From: Balanoglossus misakiensis
Taxonomy: Eukaryota; Animalia; Hemichordata
Direction: 5' to 3'
DNA: 64,000 nt
NCBI GenBank assembly: GCA_040954595.2
Contig: CM082582.2
Span: forward strand, 248,001 to 312,000
Made by a program: the position numbers and the translations under genes. Positions 1 to 12,767 of the stretch are shown one piece after another (position 1 is the stretch's first letter; the number at the start of each line of letters is the position of its first letter). The notes under the pieces were generated by a model. It saw only the letters and a list, made by a program, of their open reading frames with translations. It searched no databases and was not told where the DNA came from.

Positions 1-531
1 AAATTTGAAATTCCCCCATTGTGTCCAAACACATCACCTATCTATCTTGTAAAAAAGAAAAACTTGTTTTTATTTTTTAAGTATTTGTATTCTGTGCTGG
101 GAGACATTGAAAAACCGAGAATTGAAGGGGATTTTATAAAATACAGAGCTCAAAGCTGCATTTTAATGAACCTGGCAAAAGCAAATTAACTCAACTACCG
201 GTATGTTGGGGAGGACAAATTTAACTGTCGCCGCTCAAAGTTATCATTGGGTGGGGGCAAGACCCCTGACCTGGGACACTAGCTAAACCAGTCAATGATT
301 GAAAGGTGTTGATGAATGGAGGGGGTGGGTATTAGAAAATTTTGTAAAATAAAGGGAGCAAAACTGTATTTTTGTGGACTCAAAATAAATATTTAGTCGT
401 CAAAGTTTTCAAGTCGCCCCTTTCAGTCCCTAAATTATTTCAAATTCCCCCCTTACATACCCTCAATTTTTTTTCAAATCCCCCCCTCAATTCTCCCCCC
501 CCCCCCTGCAGAGGTGTTTGTGAATGCAGCC
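1..531. mobile_element. Non-autonomous TIR element, family A, right part (left end outside window)
   Basis: Near-identical to 23690-24293; ends in the same TIR ...CAGAGGTGTTTGTGAATGCAGCC. Confidence 0.85.
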
Positions 532-1691
532 CTACTGTCTATGTATCTCTGTTTACGTCTATGGTGTGGGGTAACACAGAAACATAAACAAGTACAGAGA
601 TTGTTCAGCAAGTAATGTTAATTGTAGAAAAAAGTATATCAGAACAGCGTTAATGCAAAGTTCCTCAAGAAAGAGGGACTTTAGTGCTTAATGTTAACAG
701 CTCCTTATGGTGTAACTAGGCCTTTACCGATACCGGCGATGCCTCCACACCATAGTACCACAGCTCACTAGCATTGCCATAGGCAATGCTGGCGATTATC
801 CCAACTGCGTAGTGACTAGAAAATTCTGTCTGTAGACCAAAACTCGTGCACCGATCGCCGTTTTCTAGCACGGAAGAAAACGCCTAGAAAACGCCGTTTT
901 CTAGGAGGAAGAGCTCCCTGTGGTCTTCCCATAAACGTTGGAATCACACTGCAGTGGTCGCCTGATTCAACCAGTAAAGGTCACATGAGGTCATCAATTG
1001 TTGTCGGTTTTCTGGTTGAATATTCTCTGAAAGCACGCCTTAACATTGATATTTTGCAATTGGTGTCAGTAGTCATGAACTTTAATGTATGGAGCATCAC
1101 TCGGCCCCAGTTACTGAGTTGCGATAGGGCGAAATCAACAGCGGAAACTGATTGTCGATCGTCTATGTCTCAAGCTTACCTTGTTTACGGACTGAATCAG
1201 GGGACTGCAGCAGCGTTATTTCGACGAATGTGATTCTACCCACACATTAAGTCGTGAAAACTATCTGTGATATCTTAAAACACACTAAATACTGTAATGT
1301 TTCAATACTCACTGCGCCAAATATGTATATAGGAATAATGATGGTGGACAGTGTGGGGGGCATGACTTGCAGAAAACAGCTGGTTGCTCGCTCCTTGGCT
1401 TCGCATGTTTTCCGCTATTCTTTCACAGAAATATTGACACTGTCCTGGATGTGTAACGAACACTGGCCAAGTAACGTCCATAGAAAAGGCGACATTGGAG
1501 TTGACGACAGAAAAAATGTGCCATTAAAACGAACTGGCAGATTCGCTAGCCTGCATCTCAAATGTGTTTACAACGAAGACGCTGTAAGGGGTCAAAGTCT
1601 ACGGGTCGAAGGTCAGCAACAGCGTCCTCGTGGGGTATATTCTGCGGGACAATCCCTCTTTCTGGAGTGTCCAACGGAAGAAGCGGGTGGG

Positions 1692-1741
1692 TCTGCTTCT
1701 TCCGCTGCACTCTTTTTTGGGAGCGCAGCGGAAGAAGCAGA
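1692..1741. repeat. 21-bp inverted repeat (hairpin)
   Basis: TCTGCTTCTTCCGCTGCACTC, 8-nt loop, GAGCGCAGCGGAAGAAGCAGA; one mismatch. Confidence 0.85.
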
Positions 1742-2061
1742 GGGGTCTGGGTAACCAAACTTGTTATCTGAGGTATACAAGAAACTTGAGTAAACAAGAG
1801 ACAATTTCAAAGATCTTTGAAAACACAGATGAGAGCGAAATAGGTCGATAATAAAGGTCGCACCATTCTAGATTTCATGAAGTAATTGTAACTAATAACC
1901 TGCAATTGCTGAATTTTAACGAAAAGAAATAAAAAAAATCAACAAACTGACTCTATTATGTAACGCTTTGTGTAAATTGGTACATTAGAGTTGAGTTGAT
2001 ATGCCGAATTATTGCAGAATATAACAGGAAATGGGATGGGAGAACCTCAGGCTACCATGAC

Positions 2062-2267
2062 TACTGTTAGGCCTAAACACTTTATTTTCGCAAGTTGAAA
2101 TTTTCGCGATATCGTGAGAGGCCACTGTTTTAATTCCCGAGTTTTAATATTCGCGTTCTCTTATTTCATTCACTGCATCGTCATCTTCAAAAAAATTACG
2201 CGACTTTTTATTTTCACGCTATTTTGGCTTGCGCGTATTTCGCGAAAATTTATTGTCTTTTACAGCA
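2062..2267. mobile_element. Degenerate small MITE-like element
   Basis: Termini TACTGT...TTTACAGCA with internal TTTTCGCG/CGCGAAAA motifs; ends decayed. Confidence 0.35.
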
Positions 2268-2608
2268 TATACAAAGGAGTGGATTTCAGCTCCTAAAGTC
2301 AGGGGGTTCCAACACATTTCAGTTCATTCTACACCCTGTTCTACACTAATAAAGGAGTTCGTTCCAGAGTGGGGTCCAGCCTGGACTACAGGCCTTGTCC
2401 AGTATATCCACGGTTGATCCTTTTTGAAATAAAGTCATAGGCCTATCATTGGCGTTTAAATCTACTCTACTCGTGTTCCCGTCTCTTCATCAACCGACAT
2501 TCCGACCAGACTCTACGAATTTATCCCACCAATTATGGGCTGAGGGAAATATTTGCCATTTGGGGACAATTTTCTCTCCAAAATCGGCATGATCGGTACA
2601 TAATGTTA

Positions 2609-3239
2609 GGGAGCATTCGTTTTTTACAGGGAGGGGGGGGGGCGGTGGAATTTGAGTCGCCGACTAAATGTAAAAGGCAACCCCCCCCCCCTCGAAATTA
2701 CTTTTCTAAAATGTGTCCCCCCCCCTAAATTCTTCAATTGTAAAATGTGACCCCCCCCCAAAAAAAGAGTTTATCCTCCGGATTAAACTTGAAATACCCC
2801 CCCCCCCCAGTTTCTTTCACAGAGCAAAACACATCACCGCTATATCTTGTAAAAAAGAAAAACAGCGCTCCCATGAAAAGAATTTGAAACCAATGTTTCC
2901 CCTCATCATCAAAACTGAACACTGTTTTTATTTTTTAAGTATTTGTATTCTGTGTTGGGAGACATTGTAAACCGAGAATTGAAGGGGTGGGTTTGGGAGG
3001 GGGTGTCCCCCTCCCACATTACAAAATTTTGTAAAATAAAGGGCGTGAAACTGCATTTTGTGGACTCAAAATAAATATTTAGCCGTCAAAGTTTCAGTCA
3101 AGTCCCCCCCTTTCAGTCCCTATATAATAATCCCTTGATTATAAAATTTGTCCCCCCCTAAAAACTGCTTTGTAAAAGTAAACCCTCCTCCCTGATTTCC
3201 ACCGCCCCCCCCCCCTCCCTGTAAAAAACGAATGCTCCC
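2609..3239. mobile_element. Non-autonomous TIR element with family B ends and family A interior (PIF/Harbinger- or Zator-like)
   Basis: TIR GGGAGCATTCGTTTTTTACAGGGAGGGGG at both ends; TTA at 2606-2608 and 3240-3242; interior ~2790-3122 matches family A. Confidence 0.9.
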
Positions 3240-4429
3240 TTACGCATCCGAGCCTACTCGGTGTGAAAAAATGTTGATTCTGTAGGCCAGTGTAGGCCTA
3301 AATTGCTATCAAATACAAGTTTTAAATATCTCAAAATTCATGTTTGGGAATAAAACTTTTGCAGAGTTCGTCTATTAAAATATGAAAAGACGTTTTACTT
3401 TTACAGTTTTACTTTCCAGTACTGGTCTGTTCCCCCGCCCATTTCCACGCTGACTGCGCTATAGGCTAAAAGGAAAGGATGGCTTTGCTCGTCACCGTGA
3501 CTGTAGCGAAAGGGAATCGCTATATAACATCCGCTGTATTAGATACACTGCCCGGGGAAACTTTCATAGCAGTCTGGGCCATCTGGCCTTATATATTACA
3601 CGGCTTGCAATGAACACTCGTACTTGGAGCCAGCTGACAAAAAAAACAAAACATGGCCTTGGGGGCGCTGTATAGTCGTGGTGTCATGGCGGGGCGATTT
3701 GAATCTCTGACTTCCATCGGTCGGATTGAATGGATCGCGAAGCCCTCAAAATGGAATATTATTCCTGAAATACTGCTTCCAAGTATTCGCCAGAGGTCCA
3801 GGTGCAAGTTTTATCATGAACAGTTCAAGTTTCTTGTGTATTTCTAGCGCAGGCAGTGGAAGTTGTCCAACGTAATGGAATTTTACACGATTGCGTCACA
3901 AGGTGTCATGGCGGACTTTATCTCTCTGACGAGAATATTCGGGATGGATGCCGTCACTGAACGCGAAGAATAGTATATTATGATTTGTGTGCGCGTTTGA
4001 ATCCAAATGTTATGCTGGAGTCCCTCTGAAGATGTTACACAGTGTGCATGGAATATCGTTGGTCGACTTGAACGTTTCAGTGAGTACATTAGGTCCTATT
4101 TAATTAAATTTAATATCGTGTTTACGAAAAAACATGCCGTGACATAATTTGTGACCCCGGCCAGCATTGACGAAGGATTCAATTTTATTACACATATTCA
4201 TAGTAAGCGAAAAATTGGGTTTCAGATGCATTTTTAGGCTTTTTATATCATAATAACGAGTTTGTATGAATGTTTACTCATAGTCGTATTCATACAACAA
4301 GCTAAATAGTCAGTAGTTCCATAGCAAACCAAAACTATCCATATAAAGCATGACTAGACAAATTTCTATCCGAGCAATTACAACTTGAATTTCACTAGAG
4401 TAGCAACGCTCATAAAGTTGACTGAAACG

Positions 4430-5250
4430 TTGTGTTTAGGTCCCATGGTATGTATGTCAATCCAAATAAAAAAACTTGGAAACCACTTGGCATATAACCT
4501 TGATATAAACGAAGTTGTCATTCTCAAAAATATGCAAATTAGCTTGAAAATGTGAAATTGGTCAAAACTCCGAAACTCAACAACTATTGGGCAAATTGCT
4601 TTGAAAATTGGTATGAATGTACCTTATGTCAACCACTGAACCTCATACAGTCCTCAAAATTTTAGTTAATATCATGAATTTTCTATTTTTATGAAGATTT
4701 TAGTCTTTTTTTTATATTATAGACTGTAAACAATCATGGGTTGATTGCTTTAAAATTTATTATGAAGCTTCCAATAGGTAATCTAAGTCATTTTTTCCAG
4801 TTTGTTGCATAATTTGCATATTTGTAATTTTTGGGTAATTTTTATGATTTTTTGTAAAAAATCATTTCTCTGAAACCTCTTGTCCAGAATCATTAGGATT
4901 TTGGTAGGCATGTTCCTAGGGATAACCCAAGTAAGCTGTCGTACATACCTTGTTGGTGAAATTTCCATATTCGTGTTCTTGGGGCAATTTTGGGGGATTT
5001 TGCGCAAAAAAATTGTTTTCTATGAAACCGTTTGTCAGATTGCTTTGTATTTTTGTAGGCACATTCCTTATGGTGATTGAAGTAAGACATTGTACAATTC
5101 TGGTGATATTTGCATTCTTGTGTTTTTACCACTTTTGAAGCAATATTGCTGTGACATTTTGTGGGAATTATCATGTGGGAACTCAAGTAGGTAATGAAAA
5201 GTGTTGGTGAAATTTGTGTTCTTAGGGCAATTTTTGGTGTTTTGGGTCTT
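4430..5250 (+). repeat. Degenerate internal tandem subrepeats, Helentron/HINE-like
   Basis: Recurring TTGCTTTGAAAATTGGTATG / TTTTGGTAGGCATGTTCCTAGGG / GTGTTCTTGGGGCAATTT motifs, heavily diverged. Confidence 0.4.
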
Positions 5251-5253
5251 AAT

Positions 5254-5289
5254 TAGGGACCCAAGCGCCTAAGGGCGCTTGGGTCCCTA
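5254..5289 (+). mobile_element. Perfect 16-bp hairpin, probable Helentron/HINE-type terminus
   Basis: TAGGGACCCAAGCGCC-TAAG-GGCGCTTGGGTCCCTA followed by CTGTAATT and a T-rich run. Confidence 0.55.
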
Positions 5290-6034
5290 CTGTAATTACT
5301 GGAGTTTTTTTTTCTTTTTTCTTGAGTCATTTTAATTTTTTGTTCACCTAGATCTCAGAAACTGCGCTTCTGAACCTTGGCATATAAAGGTTGGCAAACA
5401 CATCTGGTCACTGATAACATACTTTGTATAAATAGTGGGACTTTTTTGTTTTGGTTATGTAAATGTCTCCATACACAATATTTTTAGCCTGTCAATATGA
5501 TTTTTCCACAGCGGACACAATGTGTGTTTGTGCTGTGGTGAATCTAGGATCAGAGATTTGAGGTCATTTTTGCCGGTGGTCTCCACTTTAAGGGCCTTTT
5601 GATAATGAGAGGGACATTTTTTCTGTTGCCATTATGACAATCATACTAGTATACAAATATTCATAAAGTAAGGCAAGATTGAGAGTAAGAATTGCAGAGA
5701 ATTCCATTGCAGTTTTAGTCTGTACACTGCACTGCAACTACACCCCATGTAAAGTGTAGGAATAAAATTGTGCTATCTAATCTTTTTTTCGGTGTGATCA
5801 TGATTATCAATGATGATTTGTGAAGCATTTTCCAATATTTTACAATGTGAGCTGCTGTTCTGAGTCAATGATCTGAATTGCACATTTGCATAAAGTTCAA
5901 AAGAATAGCACCCTTGATTCAAACACCAACTGTATCATCTTAATGTTGAACTGCCTGTGGTAACATTTTCTGGGCTTTTACTGAGGAGACTATTGACAAT
6001 TGACCATGTCTGCGTCTATTCAAGTATTTCAGCA

Positions 6035-6418
6035 TTCTCAGCCTAGGAAGTTAAACGGACAAAGTCTCTCTCTCCCTGCCCTTTTCCCATTAATTAGGTT
6101 TGATACAACACACTGTTTATGTTAATGAACATTTGTATATGTAGTGAATGTACATTCAACAACACACAAATTCCATACCACTTGTATGATATGAGAGTGA
6201 AAGCTCACCCAAAATGAATAAATGGTAGACACTGATTATTCATTTTGGCGAGTTTTTCACTCTCATGTCTACAAGCGGGATGGAAGTTGTGTGTTTTTGA
6301 ACGTTGGTTCACTATATATCCACATATACATTAACATAAACGGTGTCTTGTATCAAACATAATTATTGGGAAAAGGGTAGCAAAGAGAGACTTTATCCTT
6401 TAACTTTCCTGCTTAGAA
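6035..6418. mobile_element. Long fold-back (palindromic) MITE
   Basis: Imperfect arms of ~180 bp, e.g. CCCTTTTCCC/GGGAAAAGGG, TTTGATACAA/TTGTATCAAA, ATGAGAGTGAAA/TTTCACTCTCAT, CAAAATGAATAA/TTATTCATTTTG around a ~14-nt loop. Confidence 0.8.
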
Positions 6419-7404
6419 CTATAGTAAATGTTCTCCTAAATTTTAAAATTTAGGATTATAATATAAGGCTCTGTAGTTATCTCATTTTTATATGTGGATG
6501 AGAACTGGCAACAGTTTTATAAACACCTTTATACAAATTTGAAGATGAAAACATATGAGTTCCTCTTACCCATGATTTCTATATTTTTTGAAAGTTTTGA
6601 TTTTGTGCTCAAAATTGTTTTCAACTTTCTTAAATTGCAGGAGGAACTTTCCATGTGATCTAGCCGACAGGACTTGTGGGAAAAAGTTGAAGATTACAGA
6701 AATAGATGTACATTATAGCAGCCGAGCTTTGAGCAGGGAAGTAAAATTTTTTATACGATGTACTTTATTGTTTTACTTGACAGCTTAAATATTGCATAAT
6801 TGGCAGATGGTGCAAAATTCTGGCTGCCTTTAATAGGTGTTCACTTTGTGCTAGGGGGTCAAATCACATTATAATAATTGCATTCTGGGTAAAAAGTCGA
6901 CAACTCACTGTAGTAAGAGATAGAATAAATGATATGTTTACTGTATGTTATGACTTTCTTTGGTCAAACATGTCTGTCTTTGTACTTAACATATCAAACT
7001 CATTAAACTTTTTTCACATTTTGTTATTTTTTCTGTTACAAAGATTCAGAAAGACTCAATATCACTTTAGCTCATGAACTCCCATTTCTTAAACATGGCA
7101 AAAATCGGCCATCTTGAAATTGTGTCGACCATATTATGAGATTTTCATCACTCACTTAGGTAGCTTAAAACCTATTTAAGGTAGGGAGGATTAAAAACGA
7201 CATGGTAGGCATCTGCTTTTCAGTTTGGATTAACTTCATGATGTTCAAATGCAAATTACGGCAAAGAGGATGATCACACCAGTCACGTTGAAATTGGAGC
7301 AGTAATATTCTTAAAATCAATGACAATTGAAAGACAAATGTAATATGAGAAAAACATGATTAGGAATAATAGGATGAATAATAGGAGGATGATAATAAAA
7401 TAAC

Positions 7405-7545
7405 TAAAAATAATGACTACAATGATGATGATGATAATGATGATTGTGATGATGATGATAATGATGATGATGATTATAATGAGGATGATGATGACAATAA
7501 TGATGATGAAGATGTTACAAAAACAGTAACAATGATGATGATGAT
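7405..7545. repeat. (GAT)n microsatellite, imperfect
   Basis: Direct read. Confidence 0.9.
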
Positions 7546-8339
7546 TAGTTCTTTATATCTGTGTAAGAAAGACACCAATAATAGTAGTTTCTGCAGAGCA
7601 TATGTCAATGTGGTATTGTCTGGTTTTGGTGAATCTTCAGGATACTTTGAGACGCAATAGGTTGGAGAATGAATATGTCTTGAGTGGTATAGGTGGTTAA
7701 TATTTGTTTCTTAGTGGTCTTAATTTACTCCAGAATAATGGGTGTAATGTTGTATCTGTTACTAGCGTTAGCTTTGGCATTGTGGTTGTAGTGGTATAAA
7801 ATAACAGAAATAATAATGTAAGTAAAGGTTTAATTTAACCATAAATATACTTTACACAGAGATGTATTTTCATCCAGACAATCAGTCACATTCATCTTAA
7901 ATATTCGTCAGAATTGGTAGCCTAATGTTTATGCATAGTTCAAGTTTGCATTACATACTTTGTGATTCTGTGTACAGAGTTTTGCAAAGCAAATGTGTTT
8001 GTACAAACCAGGGTAAAATGATCCTAGTACATAGAGCTGTTGGTGAAAATTTATGACTGGTATAGATATATATCATTGATATGCCTGTTATTAAATGAAT
8101 TAAATAAAGTTTTCTTTTTTTCTAGGAATGCACTTCATATGAATCCCTGTTGCCTCGTATCATTTTAATGTACAAATGTAGCAGCCATTTTGCTTGACAT
8201 GTAAAATATATCATGTAACGGGTTCGTCTGTGTTTCAGACAAAATGCATGCATGCAAATTTAAATACAGTTACCATGGTAAATGGAGATCTGTACTAACT
8301 GGTACAGCAGTTTTAACCGTAACATAGCGGTGTTGAATA

Positions 8340-8816
8340 TGATAATACTGGTGGTGATAATAGTGATGACAATGAATGTGAATCTGGTGGTACTGGTGAT
8401 ACTGATTAAGATAATAATGGTGGTGATGGTGATGATGATGGTGATAATAATGGTGGTGATGGTGATACTGATGGTGATAATAGTGGTGGTGATGGTGATG
8501 ATGATGATAATAATGGTGGTGATGGTGATGATGATGGTGATAATAATGGTGGTGATGGTGATACTGATGGTGATAATAGTGGTGGTGATGGTGATAATGA
8601 TGGTGATGATAGTGATAATAATGGTGATGATGGTGATAATGATGGTGATGATGGTGATAATAATGGTAGTGATGGTGATACTGATGGTGATGATGGTGAT
8701 AATAATGGTGGTGATGGTGATAATGATGGTGATGATTGTGATACTGATGGTGATGGTGGTGATACTGATGGTGATGGTGATAATAATGGTTTAGATGGTG
8801 ATACTGATGATGATGG

Positions 8817-8877
<61 letters not shown>
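8340..8877. repeat. (GAT/GGT/AAT)n compound trinucleotide microsatellite
   Basis: Direct read; produces the spurious M/V/I ORF 8282-8794. Confidence 0.95.
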
Positions 8878-9149
8878 ACTTATAAAAATAAAAATATCAT
8901 ACTCACATGTAATGACACAAAGCTTTGTAAATGGGTGATCTGCTGGGTGCAGTCATGCTCTCAGGTGTTTTTTATTAAAACTTGCACACATGTGGGTGTT
9001 CCCATTCTGACCTGGCCAGTCAGATTTGGGGATGTCATAACCTTGCACTCTCAAACATGAAATATCGTATAAGTAACCACGCACTCAGAAGTTTCTGATT
9101 TATCAAACTAGTTAATAATATTACACTATGGAATTTGTGGTGTTATAAC

Positions 9150-12032
9150 ATGAACAGTGTTTCACAATTGTAAACAAACAACCTGTGTGAAACCAGGGTG
9201 TTCTTATTGATAATGATGGGGGAAGGGGGTTGTCAGTGATTACAAATTTTTGTGTCAGGTACTGTAGCTTGATATGAGAACTTTAAACTAACCTGCAGTA
9301 TTAAAATGCTGCACCATGATGTGATTAATTTCATTAATAATTTTACCAAGCATGTGTTCTTAAAGGAACAATGTCTCACAATCGTAAACAAACAACCTGT
9401 GTGAACCAATGTGTTCATAATGATGGGGTAGGGGGTTTCAGCTATTACAATTTTTTGTTTCAGGTACTGTAACTTGATATGAAAACTTTGAACTAATCTG
9501 CAGTATTAAAATGCTGCACCATGTTGTGTTGTACCATTAATAATTTTACTATGCTTGTGTTATTAAGTGAACAGTGTTTCACAATCGTAAACGAACAGCC
9601 AGTGTGGTAATGATCGGGGGTGGGGGTTGTCAGGGGTGGGGGGTGTCAGCGATTACAAATTTTTGTTTCAGGTACTGTAGCTTGATATGAAAACTTTGAA
9701 CTAATCTGCAGTATTAAATTGCTGCACCATGATGTGTTTTATCATTAATAATTTTGCCATGCTTGTCTTATTAAGTAAACAGTGTTTCACGATCATAAAC
9801 AAACAATCTGTGTGAAACCAATGTGTTCTAATTGGTAATGATCGGGGGTGGGGGTTGTCAGTGATTACAAATTTTTGTTTCAGGTACTGTAGCTTGATAT
9901 GAAAACTTTGAACTAATCTGCAGTATTAAATTGCTGCACCATGATGTGTTTTATCATTAATAATTCTACTATGCTTGTGTTAATTAAGTGAACAGTGTTT
10001 CACGAATGTAAACAAGTAACCAACGTGAAACCAAGGTGTTCTAATTGGTAATGATCGGGTGTGGGAGGTGTCAGGGTTGGGGGGTGTAAGTGATTACAAT
10101 TTTTTGTTTCAGGTACTGTAGCTTGATATGAAAACCTTGAACTAATCTGCAGTATTAAATGCTGCACCATGATGGGTTTTATCATTAAAAATTTTACCAT
10201 GCTTGTGTTAATTAAGTGAACAGTGTTTCACAATCGTAAACAAACAACCTGTGTGAAACCATGGTGTTCTAATTGGTAATGATCGGGGGTGGGGGTGTCA
10301 GGGTTGGGGGGTGTAAGTGAATACAATTTTTTGTTTCAGGTACTGTAGCTTGATATGAAAACTTTGAACTAATCTGCAGTATTAAAATGCTGCACCATGA
10401 TGTGTTTTATCATTAATAATTCTACTATGCTTGTGTTAATTAAGTGAACAGTGTTTCACAATCGTAAACAAACAACCTGTGTGAAACCAAGTGTTCAAAT
10501 TGATAATGATTGGGGGAGGGGGGTGTCAGCGATAATAAATTTTTGTTTCAGGTACTGTTGCTTGATATGAAAACCTTGAACTAATCTGCAGTATTAAAAT
10601 GCTGCACCATAATGTGTTTTATCATTAATAATTTGATTATGCTTGTGTTCTTAAGTGAACAGTGTTTCACAATCGTAAACAAACAACCTGTGTGAACCAA
10701 GGTGTTCATCATGATCGGGGGTGGGGGTGTCAGTGATCACAAATTTTTGTTTCAGGTACTGTAGCTTGATATGAAAACTTTGAACTAACCTGCAGTATTA
10801 ATTAAAATGCTGCACCATATTTAGTGAACAGTGTTTCACAATCATAAACAAACAACCTATGTGAAACCAAGCGTTCTAATTGATAATGATGGGGGGAGGG
10901 GGATGTTAGTGATCACAAATTTTTGTGTCAGGTACTGTAGCTTGATATGAAAACCTTGAACTAATCTGCAGTATTAAAATGCTGCACCATAATGTGTTTA
11001 ATCATTAATAATTTGACTATGCTTGTGTTCTTAAGTGAACAGTGTTTCACAATCGTAAACAAACAACCTGTGTGAACCAAGGTGTTCATCATGATCGGGG
11101 TGGGGGGTGTCAGGGGAGGGGGGTGTCAGTGATTACAAATTTTTGTTTCAGGTACTGTAGCTTGATATGAAAAGTTTGACCTAACCTGCAGTATTAAAAT
11201 GCTGCACCATATTTAGTGAACAGTGTCTCACAATCGTAAACAAACAACCTGTGTGAAACCAAGTGTTCAAATTGATAATGATGGGGGGAGGGGGGTGTCA
11301 GCCATAATAAATTTTTGTTTCAGGTACTGTAGCTTGATATGAAAACCTTGAACTAATCTGCAGTATTAAAATGCTGCACCATAATGTGTTTTATCATTAA
11401 TAATTTGACTATGCTTGTGTTCTTAAGTGAACAGTGTTTCACAATCGTAAACAAACAACCTGTGTGAAACCAAGTGTTCTGATTGATAATGATGGGGGGT
11501 GGGGGGTGTCAGGGGTGGGGGGTGTAAGAGATTACAAAGTTTTGTTTCAGGTACTGTAGCTTGATATGAAAACCTTGAACTAATCTGCAGTATTAAAATG
11601 CTGCACCATAATGTGTTTTATCATTAATAATTTGACTATGCTTGTGTTCTTAAGTGAACAGTGTTTCACAATCGTAAACAAACAACCTGTGTGAAACCAA
11701 GTGTTCTAATTGATAATGATGGGGGGTGGGGGGTGTCAGGGGTGGGGGGTGTAAGAGATTACAAAGTTTTGTTTCAGGTACTGTAGCTTGATATGAAAAC
11801 TTTGAACTAACCTGCAGTATTAATAAAATGCTGCACCATGATGTGTTTTATCATTAATAATTTTACTATGCTTGTGTTATTAAGTGAACAGTGTTTCACA
11901 ATCGTAAACAAATAACCTGTGTGAACCAAGGTGTTCATAATGATGGGGGTGGGGGTGCCAGCGATTCATAATGATGGGGGTGTCAGTGATTACAAATTTT
12001 TGTTTCAGGTACTGTAGCTTGATATGAAAACT
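9150..12032. repeat. Tandem array, ~14 units of ~170-230 bp
   Basis: AACAGTGTTTCACAATCGTAAAC recurs at ~9153, 9367, 9570, 9778, 9991, 10219, 10447, 10658, 10827, 11038, 11219, 11431, 11657, 11887. Confidence 0.95.
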
Positions 12033-12599
12033 TCCAGACAGTGTTTGCATTGAACCGGTAATTGTGATCACAATTGATGTGTCTCAAATGCATGATTTCT
12101 TTCCAGATTAAATAATATGATATAACATTGCATTGTATAACATTTATGTTCCAGATCTGTATTTAATTGTGTTTTAATACCATCCAGTCAGTTTCACCAA
12201 CAGCTCATTGTCTAAATTCCCCCTTTTCATCAGTGAAGTTAGCACTCGTTTGAAAATTGGAAAATAATTTACATAACATGGCTGTTTTGGAAATTGCAGT
12301 ACTTTAGTAAAAGAACATTCAGAATTACTGGTGTATAATGTCAGCTATGCGTATAAAAAAATTGCCATTTGAAATTTTAATATTATAATATTCTTAGACT
12401 TAAAAATTTACAAACTGATAATAATAAACATATAATATTTTAGAGTATAATACAATCACCTCAGCTAGATTAACAAACTAGTGACTTTGTAGAATGCTGT
12501 TGGTTGACAGTTTCTGATTTTCATGGGTCATTCAACATTTTGATTTTATTTCTGTTAATGTTGGTGATGGTGTTGGCAGTTTTGATGTTAATTGTTATT

Positions 12600-12658
12600 G
12601 CTAGTTGTTATGGTGATGGCATTGATGGTTGTACTGATGTTGATGACGGTTGTGATGG

Positions 12659-12693
<35 letters not shown>

Positions 12694-12767
12694 GTGATGA
12701 TGATGGCAATGATGGTGATGATGATGATGATTATGATGATGATGATGATGATGATGATAATGATAAA
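12600..12767. repeat. (GAT)n microsatellite
   Basis: Direct read; source of poly-D and poly-M ORFs. Confidence 0.95.

Noticed and set aside
1254-1754. 166-aa ORF
   Set aside because: GTG start, no recognisable domain, and its end is the hairpin repeat.
1547-2054. TAGCCTG...CAGGCTA as ends of one element
   Set aside because: Only 7 bp match and the flanks show no TSD.
8282-8794. Hydrophobic M/V/I ORF
   Set aside because: Translation of a trinucleotide microsatellite.
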